Source: the human T2T-CHM13v2.0 reference genome, Homo sapiens. Taken from it: DNA of 64,000 nt. How positions within the stretch are numbered: position 1 is the stretch's first letter; each line of letters starts with the position of its first letter. Shown here piece by piece: positions 43,101 through 58,900 of the stretch. Below the pieces are notes generated by a model. The model was not told the origin of the DNA. It saw nothing but the letters and a program-made list of their open reading frames with translations, and ran no database searches. The position numbers and the translations under genes were made by a program. The stretch lies in assembly GCF_009914755.1 (NCBI RefSeq), contig NC_060940.1, one strand, 5' to 3'.

Positions 43101-46100
43101 ATCGATGAAGATTCCATTCCAGTGTATTCGATGATTCCATTCAAATCCATTCGATGATGATTCCATTCCAGTCCATTCGATCATTCCATTTGATTCCATT
43201 TGATGACTATTCCATTCAAATCCATTTGATGATTCCATTCGATTCCATTCGATGTTACCATTCGAGTATATACGATGATTCCACTCGATTCCATTTGATG
43301 ATTATTCCATTGGAGTCCACTTAGTGAATCCTTTAGATTCTACTCGAAGATGATTCCATTCGAGTCCATTCGATGATACCATTCAATTCCATTCGTTGAT
43401 GCTTCCATTCAAGTGCATTCGATGATATCATTCGATTCCATTTGATGATAATTCCATTTGATTCCATGCGATGATTCTATTCGATTCCATTCAATGATAA
43501 TTCCATTCAATTCAGTGATTCCTCTGGACTCCATTTGATGATGATTCCATTCAATGATTCCATTCGATTCTATTCGAAAATGATTCCATTTGAATCCATT
43601 TGATGATGATTCCATTGGATTCCATTTGATGATTCCATTCGATTCCATTCGATGATGATTCCATTCGATTCCTTTTGATGAATCCATTCTATTGTATTCG
43701 ATGATGATTCCATTCGATTCCATTCGATGATGATTGGATTCGATTCCATTTGATGATTTCATTTGATTCCATTCGATAAGGATTTCGATCAATTCCATTC
43801 GATGATTCCATTCGATTCCATTCGATAATGATTACATCCGAGTCCATTCGATGATTCCATTTGAGCCCGTTCGATAATTCCATTTGAGTCCAATCAATGA
43901 TTCCATTAATTTCCATTCAATGATTCCATTCGAGTCCATTTGATCATTCCGGTAGGGTCCGTTCGATGTTGATTCCATTGGAGTGCATTCGATGATTCCA
44001 TTCGAGTCCATTTTAGGATTTGATTCGAGTCCTTTCGATGATTCCATTCGATTCCACTCGATGATTTCATTCGAGTCCATTCGACACTTCCAATCGATTC
44101 CATTTGATGTTTCCATTCGATTCCAATTGATGATTCCATTCAATTCCATTCGATGATGATTCCGTACGATTCCATTCTGTGATGATTCCATGTGATTGCA
44201 TTCAATGATGATTCCTTTCGATTGCATTCGATTATGATTCATTTCGTGTTCATTCTATGGTTCCACAGGTTTCCATTCGATGATGTTTCCATTCGTGTCC
44301 ATTCCATTATTCCATTCTATTCCATTTGAAGATGATTCCATTCGATTCCATTCATTGGTGATTCCACTCAATTCCATTCAATGATTCCATTCCATTTCTT
44401 TCAACAATGATTCCATTAGTTTCTATTCGATGATCCACTTGATTCCATTTGACGATGATTCCATTCGTGTCCATTCGATGATTCCATTTGATTCCATATG
44501 ATGATGATTCCATTCGATTCCATACGATGATGATTCCATTCGAGTCCATTCAATGGTGATTCCATTCAATTCCATTCGATGATTCCTTTCGATTCCATTC
44601 AATGATGATGGCATTCGATTCCTTTCGATCATTCCCTTTGATTCCATTCAAAGGTGATTTCATTCAAGTCCATTCGATAATTGCATTCGATTCCATTCTA
44701 TGATGATTCCATTCGAGTCCATTTGATGATTCCATTCAATTCAAGTCAATGATGATTCCATTCGATTCCACTCGATGATTCCATTGGATTCCATTCGATG
44801 ATGATTCCATTCAAATCCATTCGATAATTCAATTCAAGTCCATTCGATGATGATTCCAATCGAATCCATTCAAAGATTCCACTCAATTCCATTCGATGAT
44901 GATTCCCTTAGATTCCATTCGATGATTCCACTTGATTCCATTTACGATGATTCCATTCGATTCCATGTGATGATTCCATTCAATTCTATTCAATGATGTT
45001 TCCACTTGATTCCATTCGAACATGATTGCCTTTGATTCCATTCAATGATTCCATACGGTTCCATTTGATGATGATTCCATTCGAGTCCATTCGATGATTC
45101 CATTAGAGTACATTTAATGATTGCTTTGTTTTCAATTCGAAGATGATTACATTGGATTCCATTCTATGATACCATTCGATTCCATTCAATGATGATTCCA
45201 CTCAAATCCATTGGATGATTCCATTCGTGTCCATTCGGTGATTTCATTAGATTCCATTCGAGGATGATTCCATTCGATTCCATTCGATGATTCCATTCAA
45301 TTCCATTCGATGATGATTCCATTCCAGTCCATATGATCATTCCATTTGATTTCATTCGATGATGATTCCATTCGATTCCATTCGATGATTCCATTCAATT
45401 CCATTCTCCGATGATTTCTTTTGAGCCCATTCAATGCTTCCACTCGATTCCATATGATGATGACTCCATTTGATGAAATTCCATGATGATTCCATTCGCT
45501 TGCATTCGATGATGATACCACTTGAGTCCGTTAGAAGATTCTATTCAATTACATTCCATGACGATTCTGTTCGAGTCCATTTGTTGACTCCATTAGACTC
45601 CATTCGACGATGATTCCATTCGATGTTATTCGATGATGATTCCATTCAACTCCATTCGATGTTTCCATTCGAGTTCATTCTATTATTCCATTAGATTCCA
45701 TTCGATGATGATTCCATTCGATTCCATTTGATGATTGCATTCTATTTCATTTGATGATGATTCCATTCGAGTCCATTCGATGATTCCATTCGAGTCCATT
45801 TAATGAATCCATTGGTTTCAATTCTATGATGATTATATTGGATTCCATTCGTTGATGATTTCATTCGATTCCATTCAATGATGATTCCATTCAATTCCAT
45901 TCAATGATTCCATTCAATTCCATACGATGATGATTCCATTTGATTTGATTCGACAGTGAGCCATTCGATTCAATTCCATGATGATTCTATTTGATTCAAT
46001 TGGTTGACATTTCCATTCGATTCCATTCGATGATGATTCCATTTGATTCCATTCAAAGATGATTCCATTCTAGCCCATTCAATCATTCCATTCGATTCTA

Positions 46101-46600
46101 TTCAATGATGATTCCATTCATGTCGATTTGGTGATTCCATTTGACTTCATTTGATGATGATTCCTTTCAAGTTCATTAGATGATTCCATTCGATTCCATT
46201 TGATGATGATCCCATTCGAGTCCATTCAGTGATTCCACTCGTTTCCATTCCATGATGATTCCATTCCATTCCATTCAATGATTCCATTCGATTCCGTTTG
46301 ATGATGATTTCATTCGAGTCCATTTGATGATTCCATTTGATTCCATTCGATGATGATTACATTCGAGTCCATACGATGATTCCACTCAATTCCATATGAT
46401 GATGATTCCATTCGATTCCATTCGATGATTCCATTCTATTCTATTCAATGGTGATTCCATTCGAGTACATTAGATGATTCCATTCGATTCCATTCAATGA
46501 TGATTCTATTTGTGTCCCTTAGATGGTTCCACATGATTCCATTTCATGATGATACTATTTGAGCCCATCCAATGATTCCCTTCGATTCCATTCGATGAGG
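40148..46600 (+). repeat. Long-range duplicate of ~20,095-26,650 (offset 20,053, then 19,952)
   Basis: 20172->40225, 21478->41531, 22096->42149, 23356->43409 and 24299->44352 are all 20,053; 25569->45521 and 26554->46506 are 19,952. The copies share private deletions (23 bp at ~25,680/45,632; 170 bp at ~26,400/46,352). Confidence 0.9.
41431..43273 (+). repeat. Retained ancestral segment (~7501-9370 homolog), copy 2
   Basis: Lies exactly 20,053 bp from 21,378-23,220, with the same junction TTTATGTATTATATTCGTGTCCAC at ~41,450. Confidence 0.85.
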
Positions 46601-46790
46601 ATTCCATTCGATTCAATTCATTGGTGATTCTATTCAATTCAATTCTTTGATTCCATTCCATTCCATTCGACAATGATTCCATTCGATTTCTTTCGATGAT
46701 TCCACTCGATTCCACTTGACATTGATTCCCTTCGATTCCATTCAATGATTCCATTTGATTCCAGTGGATGATGATTGCCATCGATTCCAT

Positions 46791-49700
46791 TCGATCACTC
46801 CATTCTATTCCATTTGATGATGATTACATTCGATTCCATTTGATGATTCCATCTGATTCTATTCGAGGATTCCATTTGATTCCATTCGATGATGATTCCA
46901 TTCGAGTCCATTCGATGATTTCATTCGAGTACATCCAATGATTCCATTCGAGTCCATTTGATGATTCCATTTGATTCCATTTGATAATGATTCTACTAGA
47001 GTCCATTCAATGACTCCATTGGAGTCCATTCAACAATTCCATTCGACTCCATTTGATGATTCCATTCGATTCCATTTGATGATTCCATTCGAGTCCATTT
47101 AATCATTACAGTCGAGTCCATTTGGTGATTCCACCGGATTTCTTTTGATAATGATAACATTCAATTACATTTGATGATGATCCCATTCAATTTCATTTGA
47201 TGGTGATTCCATTAGAGTCCATTCGATGATTTCATTCGAGTCCCTTCATTGATTCCATCTGATTTCATTGGATGATGACTCCATTCGAGTCCATTCGATG
47301 ATTCCACTCGATTCCATTAGATGATTCCATTGGAGTCCATTTGATTGTTCCATTCGATTCCATTCGATTCCTTTCGAAGATTATTCCATTTGAGTCCATT
47401 CGATGATGATTCCATTCCATTCCATTCGATGATTCCGTTTGATTCCATTCGATGATTCCCTTCGATTCCTTTCTTTGATGACTCCATTCCATTCCATTCA
47501 ATGATTCCATTCGAATCTATTCCATGATGATTCCTTTCGATTCCATTCGCTGATGTTTCCGTTCAATTCCATTCGATGATGATTCCATTCGATTCCATTC
47601 ATTGAGGATTCCATTTGATTCCATTCAATGATGATTCCGTTCTATTCCATTCAATGATTGCATTCAATTCCATTCAATGATTATCCCCTTAGAGTAAACT
47701 CAACGATTCCATTCAATACCATTCGATGATGATTCCTTTTGAGTCCATTCAATGATTTCATTCAAGTCCATTTGATGATTCCTTTCAATTCCATTCTATG
47801 ATGATTCCATTCGAGTCCATTCGATGATTCCATTCGATTGCATTCGATGATTCCATTATATTCCAGTCAACGATGATTCCATTCGAGTCCATTCGATGAT
47901 TCCATTAGAGTACATTTAATGATTGCTTTGTTTTCAATTCGAAGATGATTACATTGGATTCCATTCTATGATACCATTCGATTCCATTCAATGATGATTC
48001 CACTCAAATCCATTGGATGATTCCATTCGTGTCCATTCGGTGATTTCATTAGATTCCATTCGAGGATGATTCCATTCGATTCCATTCGATGATTCCATTC
48101 AATTCCATTCGATGATGATTCCATTCCAGTCCATATGATCATTCCATTTGATTTCATTCGATGATGATTCCATTCGATTCCATTCGATGATTCCATTCTA
48201 TTCCATTCGATGATGATTCCATTCGAGTCCATTCGATGATTCCATTCGAGTCCATTTAATGATTCCATTGGGTTCAATTCAATGATGATTACATTGGATT
48301 CCGTTCTATGATTCCATTCAATTCCGTTCATTGACAATTTGATTCCATTCGATGATGATTCCATTTGAGTTCATTCGATGATTCTATTCGATTCTCTTCG
48401 ATGGTGATTCAATTCTATTATATTGGATGATTCCATTCGATTCCATTTGATGTTGATTCAATTCGATTCTATTCGATGATGATTCCATTGGATTTCACTT
48501 GATGATTCTATTCGATTCCATTCAATGATGATTCACTTCTCGTCCATTGGATGATTCCATTTCATTCCATTCGATGATGATTCCATTCGATTCCATTCGA
48601 TGATTCCATTTGATTCCATGCGACGGTGAGCAATTCGATTCAATTCCATGATGATTCTATTTGATTCAATTAGATGATGTTTCCATTCGAATCCATTCCA
48701 TGATTATTCCATTGGAATCCATTCGGCGATGATTCCATATGAGTCAATTCAATGATGATTCCATATGGGTCCGTTCGATGATAATTCCATTTGATTTCAT
48801 TCGATGCTTCTATTCTATTCCAGTCGATGATGATTCCGTTGGAGTCCATACGATGATTCCATTTGATTTCATTTGATGATGATTCCATTCGATGATGATT
48901 ACATTGGATTCCATTCTATGATTCCATTCAATTCCATTCGTTGATGATTCGATTCCATTCAATGATGATTCCATTTGAGTTCATTCGATGATTCTATTCG
49001 ATTCCGTTCGATGGTGATTCAATTCTATTATATTGGATGATTCCACTCGATTCCATTTGATGATTATTCCATTGGAGTCCACTTAGTGAATCCTTTAGAT
49101 TCTACTCGACGATGATTCCATTCGAGTCCATTCGATGATACCATTCAATTCCATTCGTTGATGCTTCCATTCAAGTGCATTCGATGATATCATTCGATTC
49201 CATTTGATGATAATTCCATTTGATTCCATGCGATGATTCTATTCGTTTCCATTCAATGATAATTCCATTCAATTCAGTGATTCCTCTGGACTCCATTTGA
49301 TGATGATTCCATTCAATGATTCCATTCGATTCTATTCGAAAATGATTCCATTTGAATCCATTTGATGATGATTCCATTAGATTCCATTTGATGATTCCAT
49401 TCGATTCCATTCGACGATGATTCCATTCGATTCCGTTTGATGATTCCATTCTATTCTATTCGATGATGATTCCATTCGTTTCCATTCGATGATGATTGGA
49501 TTCGATTCCATTGGATGATTTCATTTGATTCCATTCGTTAATGATTTCGATCAATTCCATTCGATGATTCCATTCGATTCCATTCGATAATGATTACATC
49601 CGAGTCCATTCGATGATTCCCTTTGAGCCTGTTCGATAATTCCATTTGAGTCCAACCAATGATTCCATTCATTTCCATTCAATGATTCCATTCGAGTCCA

Positions 49701-52700
49701 TTTGATCATTCCGGTAGGGTCCATTCGATGTTGATTCCATTGGAGTGCATTCGATGATTCCATTCGAGTCCATTTTAGGATTTGATTCGAGTCCTTTCGA
49801 TGATTCCATTCGATTCCACTCGATGATGATTTCATTCGAGTCCATTCGACACTTCCAATCGATTCCATTTGATGATTCCATTCGAGTCCAATTGATGATT
49901 CCATTCAATTCCATTCGATGATGATTCCGTACGATTCCATTCTGTGATGATTCCATGTGATTGCATTCAATGATGATTCCTTTCGATTGCATTCGATTAT
50001 GATTCATTTCGTGTTCATTCTATGGTTCCACAGGTTTCCATTCGTGTCCATTCCATTATTCCATTCTATTCCATTTGAGGATGATTCCATTCGATTCCAT
50101 TCATTGGTGATTCCACTCAATTCCATTCAATGATTCCATTCCATTTCTTTCAACAATGATTCCATTAGTTTCTAATCGATGATCCACTTGATTCCATTTG
50201 ACGACGATTCCATTCTTGTCCATTCGATGATTCCATTTGATTCCATATGATGATGATTCCATTCGATTCCATACGATGATGATTCCATTCGAGTCCATTC
50301 AATGGTGATTCCATTCAATTCCATTCGATGATTCCTTTCGATTCCATTCGATGATGATGGCATTCGATTCCTTTCAATCATTCCCTTTGATTCCATTCCA
50401 AGGTGATTTCATTCAAGTCCATTCGATAATTGCATTCGATTCCATTCTATGATGATTCCATTCGAGTCCATTTGATGATTCCATTCAATTCAAGTCAATG
50501 ATGATTCCATTCGATTCCATTCGATGATTCCATTGGATTCCATTCGATGATGATTCCATTCAAATCCATTCGATAATTCAATTCAAGTCCATTCGATGAT
50601 GATTCCAATCGAATCCATTCAAAGATTCCATTCAGTTCCATTCGATGATTCCCTTAGATTCCATTCGATGATTCCACTTGATTGCATTTACGATGATTCC
50701 ATTCGATTCCATGTGATGATTCCATTCAATTCTATTCAATGATATCTCCATTTGATTCCATTCGACCATGATTGCCTTTGATTCCATTCAATGATTCCAT
50801 TCGGTTCCGTTTGATGATGATTCCGTTCGATTCCATTTGATGATTCCATTTGATTCCATTGGATGGGTCCATTCGATTACATTCGATGATTATTCCATTC
50901 GAGTGCATTAGATGATTCCATTCGAGTCCATTCGATGATTCCATTCGATTCCATTCGATGTTGATTCTGTTCAAATCCATTCGATGATTCCACTCGATTC
51001 CATTCGTTGACTCCATTTGATCCCATTCGATGATTTCCTTTGATTCCCTTTGATGATCATTCCATTTGATTCAATTCGGTGATTTCATTTGATTCCATTC
51101 AGTGATGTTTCCATTCGACTCCATTCGATGATGATTCCATTCGACTCCATTCGATTATGATTTCATTCAATTCCATTCGATAATGATTCCCTTCGAGTCC
51201 ATTCGATGATTCCATTCGATTCCATTCAACGATGTTTTGATTCGTGTCCATTCGATGATTCCATTTGATTCCACTTGATGATGATTCCATTCGAGTCCAT
51301 TTGATGATTCCATTCAATTCCATACTCCGATGATTTCTTTTGAGCCCACTCAATGCTTCCACTCGATTCCATATGATGATGACTCCATTCGATGAAATTC
51401 GATGATGATTCCATTCGCTTGCTTTCGATGATGATTCCACTTGAGTCCGTTAGAAGATTCTATTCAATTACATTCCATGACGATTCCGTTCGAGTCCATT
51501 TGATGATTCCATTAGACTCCATTCGACGATGATTCCATTCGATGTTATTCGATGATTCCATTCGATCTCATTCGATGATGATTCCATTCAACTCCATTCG
51601 ATGTTTCCATTCGAGTTCATTCTATTATTCCATTAGATTCCATTCGATGATGATTCCATTCGATTCCATTTGATGATTGCATTCTATTTCATTTGATGAT
51701 GATTCCATTCGAGTCCACTCGATGATTCCATTCGAGTCCATTTAATGAATCCATTGGTTTCAATTCTATGATGATTACATTGGATTCCATTCGTTGATGA
51801 TTTCATTCGGTTCCATTCAATGATGATTCCATTCAATTCCTTTCAATGTTTCCATTCAATTCCATATGATGATGATTCCATTTGATTTGATTCGACAGTG
51901 AGCCATTCGATTCAATTCCATGATGATTCTATTTGATTCAATTGGTTGACATTTCCATTCGATTCCATTCGATGATGATTCCCTTTGATTCCGTTCAAAG
52001 ATGATTCCATTCTAGCCCATTCAATCATTCCATTCGATTCTATTCAATGATGATTCCATTCATGTCGATTTGGTGATTCCATTTGACTTCATTTGATGAT
52101 GATTCCTTTCAAGTTCATTAGATGATTCCATTCGATTCCATTTGATGATGATCCCATTCGAGTCCATTCAGTGATTCCATTCGTTTCCATTCCATGATGA
52201 TTCCATTCCTTTCCATTCAATGATTCCATTCGATTCCGTTTGATGATGATTTCATTCGAGTCCATTTGATGATTCCATTTGATTCCATTCGATGATGATT
52301 CCATTCGAGTCCATTCGATGATTCTATTCGAATCCATTTGATGATTTCTTTTGATTATATTTGGTGATGATTCCATTGGAGTCCATTCAATGATTCCATT
52401 CTATTCCAATCGATGATGATTCCATTAGAGTCCATTTAATGATTCCATTTGATTCCAGTCTCTGATGATTACATTCGAGTCCATACGATGATTCCACTCA
52501 ATTCCATATGATGATGATTCCATTTGATTCCATTCGGTGATTCCGTTCTATTCTATTCAATGGTGATTCCATTCGAGTACATTAGATGATTCCATTCGAT
52601 TCCATTCAATGATGATTCTATTTGTGTCCCTTAGATGATTCCACATGATTCCATTAGATGATGATACTATTTGAGCCCATCCAATGATTCCCTTCGATTC

Positions 52701-52902
52701 CATTCGATGAGGATTCCATTCGATTCAATTCATTGGTGATTCTATTCAATTCAATTCTTTGATTCCATTCCATTCCATTCGACAATGATTCCATTCGATT
52801 TCTTTCGATGATTCCACTCGATTCCACTTGACATTGATTCCATTCGATTCCATTCAATGATTCCATTTGATTCCAGTGGATGATGATTGCCATCGATTCC
52901 AT
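46791..52902 (+). repeat. 6,112-bp higher-order unit, full copy (phase arbitrary)
   Basis: Offsets 46824->52936, 47265->53377, 47966->54078, 49171->55283 and 51099->57211 are all 6,112. Confidence 0.95.
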
Positions 52903-55900
52903 TCGATCACTCCATTCTATTCCATTTGATGATGATTACATTCGATTCCATTTGATGATTCCATCTGATTCTATTCGAGGATTCCATTTGATTCCATTCG
53001 ATGATGATTCCATTCGAGTCCATTCGATGATTTCATTCGAGTACATCCAATGATTCCATTCGAGTCCATTAGATGATTCCATTTGATTCCATTTGAAAAT
53101 GATTCTACTAGAGTCCATTCAATGACTCCATTCGAGTCCATTCAACAATTCCATTCGACTCCATTCGATGATTCCATTCGATTCCATTTGATGGTTCCAT
53201 TCGAGTCCATTTAATCATTACAGTCGAGTCCGTTTGGTGATTCCACTGGATTTCTTTTGATAATGATACCATTCAATTACATTTGATGATGATCCCATTC
53301 AATTTCATTTGATGATGATTCCATTAGAGTCCATTCGATGATTTCATTCGAGTCCCTTCATTGATTCCATCCGATTTCATTGGATGATGACTCCATTCGA
53401 GTCCATTCGATGATTCCACTCGATTCCATTAGATGACTCCATTGGAGTCCATTTGATTGTTCCATTCGATTCCATTCGATTCCTTTCGAAGATTATTCCA
53501 TTTGAGTCCATTCGATGATGATTCCATTCCATTCCATTCGATGATTCCGTTTGATTCCATTCGATGATTCCCTTCGATTCCTTTCTTTGATGATTCCATT
53601 CCATTCCATTCAATGATTCCATTCGAATCTATTGCATGATGATTCCTTTCGATTCCATTCGCTGATGTTTCCATTCAATTCCATTCGATGATGATTCCAT
53701 TCGATTCCATTCATTGAGGATTCCATTTGATTCCATTCAATGATGATTCCATTCTATTCCATTCAATGATTGCATTCAATTCCATTCAATGATTATCCCC
53801 TTAGAGTAAACTCAACGATTCCATTCAATACCATTCGATGATGATTCCTTTTGAGTCCATTCAATGATTTCATTCAAGTCCATTTGATGATTCCTTTCAA
53901 TTCCATTCTATGATGATTCCATTCGAGTCCATTCGATGATTCCATTCGATTGCATTCGATGATTCCATTATATTCCATTCAACGGTGATTCCATTCGAGT
54001 CCATTCCATGATTCCATTAGAGTACATTTAATGATTGCTTTGTTTTCAATTCGAAGATGATTACATTGGATTCCATTCTATGATACCATTCGATTCCATT
54101 CAATGATGATTCCACTCAAATCCATTGGATGATTCCATTCGTGTCCATTCGGTGATTTCATTAGATTCCATTCGAGGATGATTCCATTCGATTCCATTCG
54201 ATGATTCCATTCAATTCCATTCGATGATGATTCCATTCCAGTCCATATGATCATTCCATTTGATTTCATTCGATGATGATTCCATTCGATTCGATTCGAC
54301 GATTCCATTCTATTCCATTCGATGATGATTCCATTCGAGTCCATTCGATGATTCCATTCGAGTCCATTTAATGATTCCATTGGGTTCAATTTAATGATGA
54401 TTACATTGGATTCCGTTCTATGATTCCATTCAATTCCGTTCATTGACAATTTGATTCCATTCGATGATGATTCCATTTGAGTTCATTCGATGATTCTATT
54501 CGATTCTCTTCGATGGTGATTCAATTCTATTATATTGGATGATTCCATTCGATTCCATTTGATGTTGATTCAATTCGATTCTATTCGATGATGATTCCAT
54601 TGGATTTCACTTGATGATTCTATTCGATTCCATTCAATGATGATTCACTTCTCGTCCATTGGATGATTCCATTTCATTCCATTCGATGATGATTCCATTC
54701 GATTCCATTCGATGATTCCATTTGATTCCATTCGACGGTGAGCAATTCGATTCAATTCCATGATGATTCTATTTGATTCAATTAGATGATGTTTCCATTC
54801 GAATCCATTCCATGATTATTCCATTGGAATCCATTCGGCGATGATTCCATATGAGTCAATTCAATGATGATTCCATATGGGTCCGTTCGATGATAATTCC
54901 ATTTGATTTCATTCGATGCTTCTATTCTATTCCAGTCGATGATGATTCCGTTGGAGTCCATACGATGATTCCATTTGATTTCATTTGATGATGGTTCCAT
55001 TCGATGATGATTACATTGGATTCCATTCTATGATTCCATTCAATTCCATTCGTTGATGATTCGATTCCATTCAATGATGATTCCATTTGAGTTCATTCGA
55101 TGATTCTATTCGATTCCGTTCGATGGTGATTCAATTCTATTATATTGGATGATTCCACTCGATTCCATTTGATGATTATTCCATTGGAGTCCACTTAGTG
55201 AATCCTTTAGATTCTACTCGACGATGATTCCATTCGAGTCCATTCGATGATACCATTCAATTCCATTCGTTGATGCTTCCATTCAAGTGCATTCGATGAT
55301 ATCATTCGATTCCATTTGATGATAATTCCATTTGATTCCGTGCGATGATTCTCTTCGATTCCATTCAATGATAATTCCATTCAATTCAGTGATTCCTCTG
55401 GACTCCATTTGATGATGATTCCATTCAATGATTCCATTCGATTCTATTCGAAAATGATTCCATTTGAATCCATTTGATGATGATTCCATTAGATTCCATT
55501 TGATGATTCCATTCGATTCCATTCGACGATGATTCCATTCGATTCCGTTTGATGATTCCATTCTATTCTATTCGATGATGATTCCATTCGATTCCATTCG
55601 ATGATGATTGGATTCGATTCCATTTGATGATTTCATTTGATTCCATTCCTTAATGATTTCGATCAATTCCATTCGATGATTCCATTCGATTCCATTTGAT
55701 AATGATTACATCCGAGTCCATTCGATGATTCCCTTTGAGCCTGTTCGATAATTCCATTTGAGTCCAACCAATGATTCCATTCATTTCCATTCAATGATTC
55801 CATTCGAGTCCATTTGATCATTCCGGTAGGGTCCATTCGATGTTGATTCCATTGGAGTGCATTCGATGATTCCATTCGAGTCCATTTTAGGATTTGATTC

Positions 55901-58900
55901 GAGTCCTTTCGATGATTCCATTCGATTCCACTCGATGATGATTTCATTCGAGTCCATTCGACACTTCCAATCGATTCCATTTGATGATTCCATTCGAGTC
56001 CAATTGATGATTCCATTCAATTCCATTCGATGATGATTCCGTACGATTCCATTCTGTGATGATTCCATGTGATTGCATTCAATGATGATTCCTTTCGATT
56101 GCATTCGATTATGATTCATTTCGTGTTCATTCTATGGTTTCACAGGTTTCCATTCGTGTCCATTCCATTATTCCATTCTATTCCATTTGATGATGATTCC
56201 ATTCGATTCCATTCATTGGTGATTCCACTCAATTCCATTCAATGATTCCATTCCATTTCTTTCAACAATGATTCCATTAGTTTCTAATCGATGATCCACT
56301 TGATTCCATTTGACGACGATTCCATTCTTGTCCATTCGATGATTCCATTTGATTCCATATGATGATGATTCCATTCGATTCCATACCATGATGATTCCAT
56401 TCGAGTCCATTCAATGGTGATTCCATTCAATTCCATTCGATGATTCCTTTTGATTCCATTCGATGATGATGGCATTCGATTCCTTTCAATCATTCCCTTT
56501 GATTCCATTCAAAGGTGATTTCATTCAAGTCCATTCGATAATTGCATTCGATTCCATTCTATGATGATTCCATTCGAGTCCATTTGATGATTCCATTCAA
56601 TTCAAGTCAATGATGATTCCATTCGATTCCATTCGATGATTCCATTGGATTCCATTCGATGATGATTCCATTCAAATCCATTCGATAATTCAATTCAAGT
56701 CCATTCGATGATGATTCCAATCGAATCCATTCAAAGATTCCATTCAGTTCCATTCGATGATTCCCTTAGATTCCATTCGATGATTCCACTTGATTGCATT
56801 TACGATGATTCCATTCGATTCCATGTGATGATTCCATTCAATTCTATTCAATGATGTCTCCATTTGATTCCATTCGACCATGATTGCCTTTGATTCCATT
56901 CAATGATTCCATTCGGTTCCGTTTGATGATGATTCCGTTCGATTCCATTTGATGATTCCATTTGATTCCATTGGATGAGTCCATTCGATTACATTCGATG
57001 ATTATTCCATTCGAGTGCATTAGATGATTCCATTCGAGTCCATTCGATGATTCCATTCGATTCCATTCGATGTTGATTCTGTTCAAATCCATTCGATGAT
57101 TCCACTCGATTCCATTCGTTGACTCCATTTGATCCCATTCGATGATTTCCTTTGATTCCCTTTGATGATCATTCCATTTGATTCAATTCGGTGATTTCAT
57201 TTCATTCCATTCAGTGATGTTTCCATTCGACTCCATTCGATGATGATTCCATTCGACTCCATTCGATTATGATTTCATTCAATTCCATTCGATAATGATT
57301 CCCTTCGAGTCCATTCGATGATTCCATTCGATTCCATTCAACGATGATTTGATTCGTGTCCATTCGATGATTCCATTTGATTCCACTTGATGATGATTCC
57401 ATTCGAGTCCATTTGATGATTCCATTCAATTCCATACTCCGATGATTTCTTTTGAGCCCACTCAATGCTTCCACTCGATTCCATATGATGATGACTCCAT
57501 TCGATGAAATTCGATGATGATTCCATTCGCTTGCTTTCGATGATGATTCCACTTGAGTCCGTTAGAAGATTCTATTCAATTACATTCCATGACGATTCCG
57601 TTCGAGTCCATTTGATGATTCCATTAGACTCCATTCGACGATGATTCCATTCGATGTTATTCGATGATTCCATTCGATCTCATTCGATGATGATTCCATT
57701 CAACTCCATTCGATGTTTCCATTCGAGTTCATTCTATTATTCCATTAGATTCCATTCGATGATGATTCCATTCGATTCCATTTGATGATTGCATTCTATT
57801 TCATTTGATGATGATTCCATTCGAGTCCACTCGATGATTCCATTCGAGTCCATTTAATGAATCCATTGGTTTCAATTCTATGATGATTACATTGGATTCC
57901 ATTCGTTGATGATTTCATTCGGTTCCATTCAATGATGATTCCATTCAATTCCTTTCAATGTTTCCATTCAATTCCATACGATGATGATTCCATTTGATTT
58001 GATTCGACAGTGAGCCATTCGATTCAATCCCATGATGATTCTATTTGATTCAATTGGTTGACATTTCCATTCGATTCCATTCGATGATGATTCCCTTTGA
58101 TTCCGTTCTAAGATGATTCCATTCTAGCCCATTCAATCATTCCATTCGATTCTATTCAATGATGATTCCATTCATGTCGATTTGGTGATTCCATTTGACT
58201 TCATTTGATGATGATTCCTTTCAAGTTCATTAGATGATTCCATTCGATTCCATTTGATGATGATCCCATTCGAGTCCATTCAGTGATTCCATTCGTTTCC
58301 ATTCCATGATGATTCCATTCCTTTCCATTCAATGATTCCATTCGATTCCGTTTGATGATGATTTCATTCGAGTCCATTTGATGATTCCATTTGATTCCAT
58401 TCGATGATGATTCCATTCGAGTCCATTCGATGATTCTATTCGAATCCATTTGATGATTTCTTTTGATTATATTTGGTGATGATTCCATTGGAGTCCATTC
58501 AATGATTCCATTCTATTCCAATCGATGATGATTCCATTAGAGTCCATTTAATGATTCCATTTGATTCCAGTCTCTGATGATTACATTCGAGTCCATACGA
58601 TGATTCCACTCAATTCCATATGATGATGATTCCATTTGATTCCATTCGGTGATTCCATTCTATTCTATTCAATGGTGATTCCATTCGAGTACATTAGATG
58701 ATTCCATTCGATTCCATTCAATGATGATTCTATTTGTGTCCCTTAGATGATTCCACATGATTCCATTAGATGATGATACTATTTGAGCCCATCCAATGAT
58801 TCCCTTCGTTTCCATTCGATGAGGATTCCATTCGATTCAATTCATTGGTGATTCTATTCAATTCAATTCTTTGATTCCATTCCATTCCATTCGACAATGA

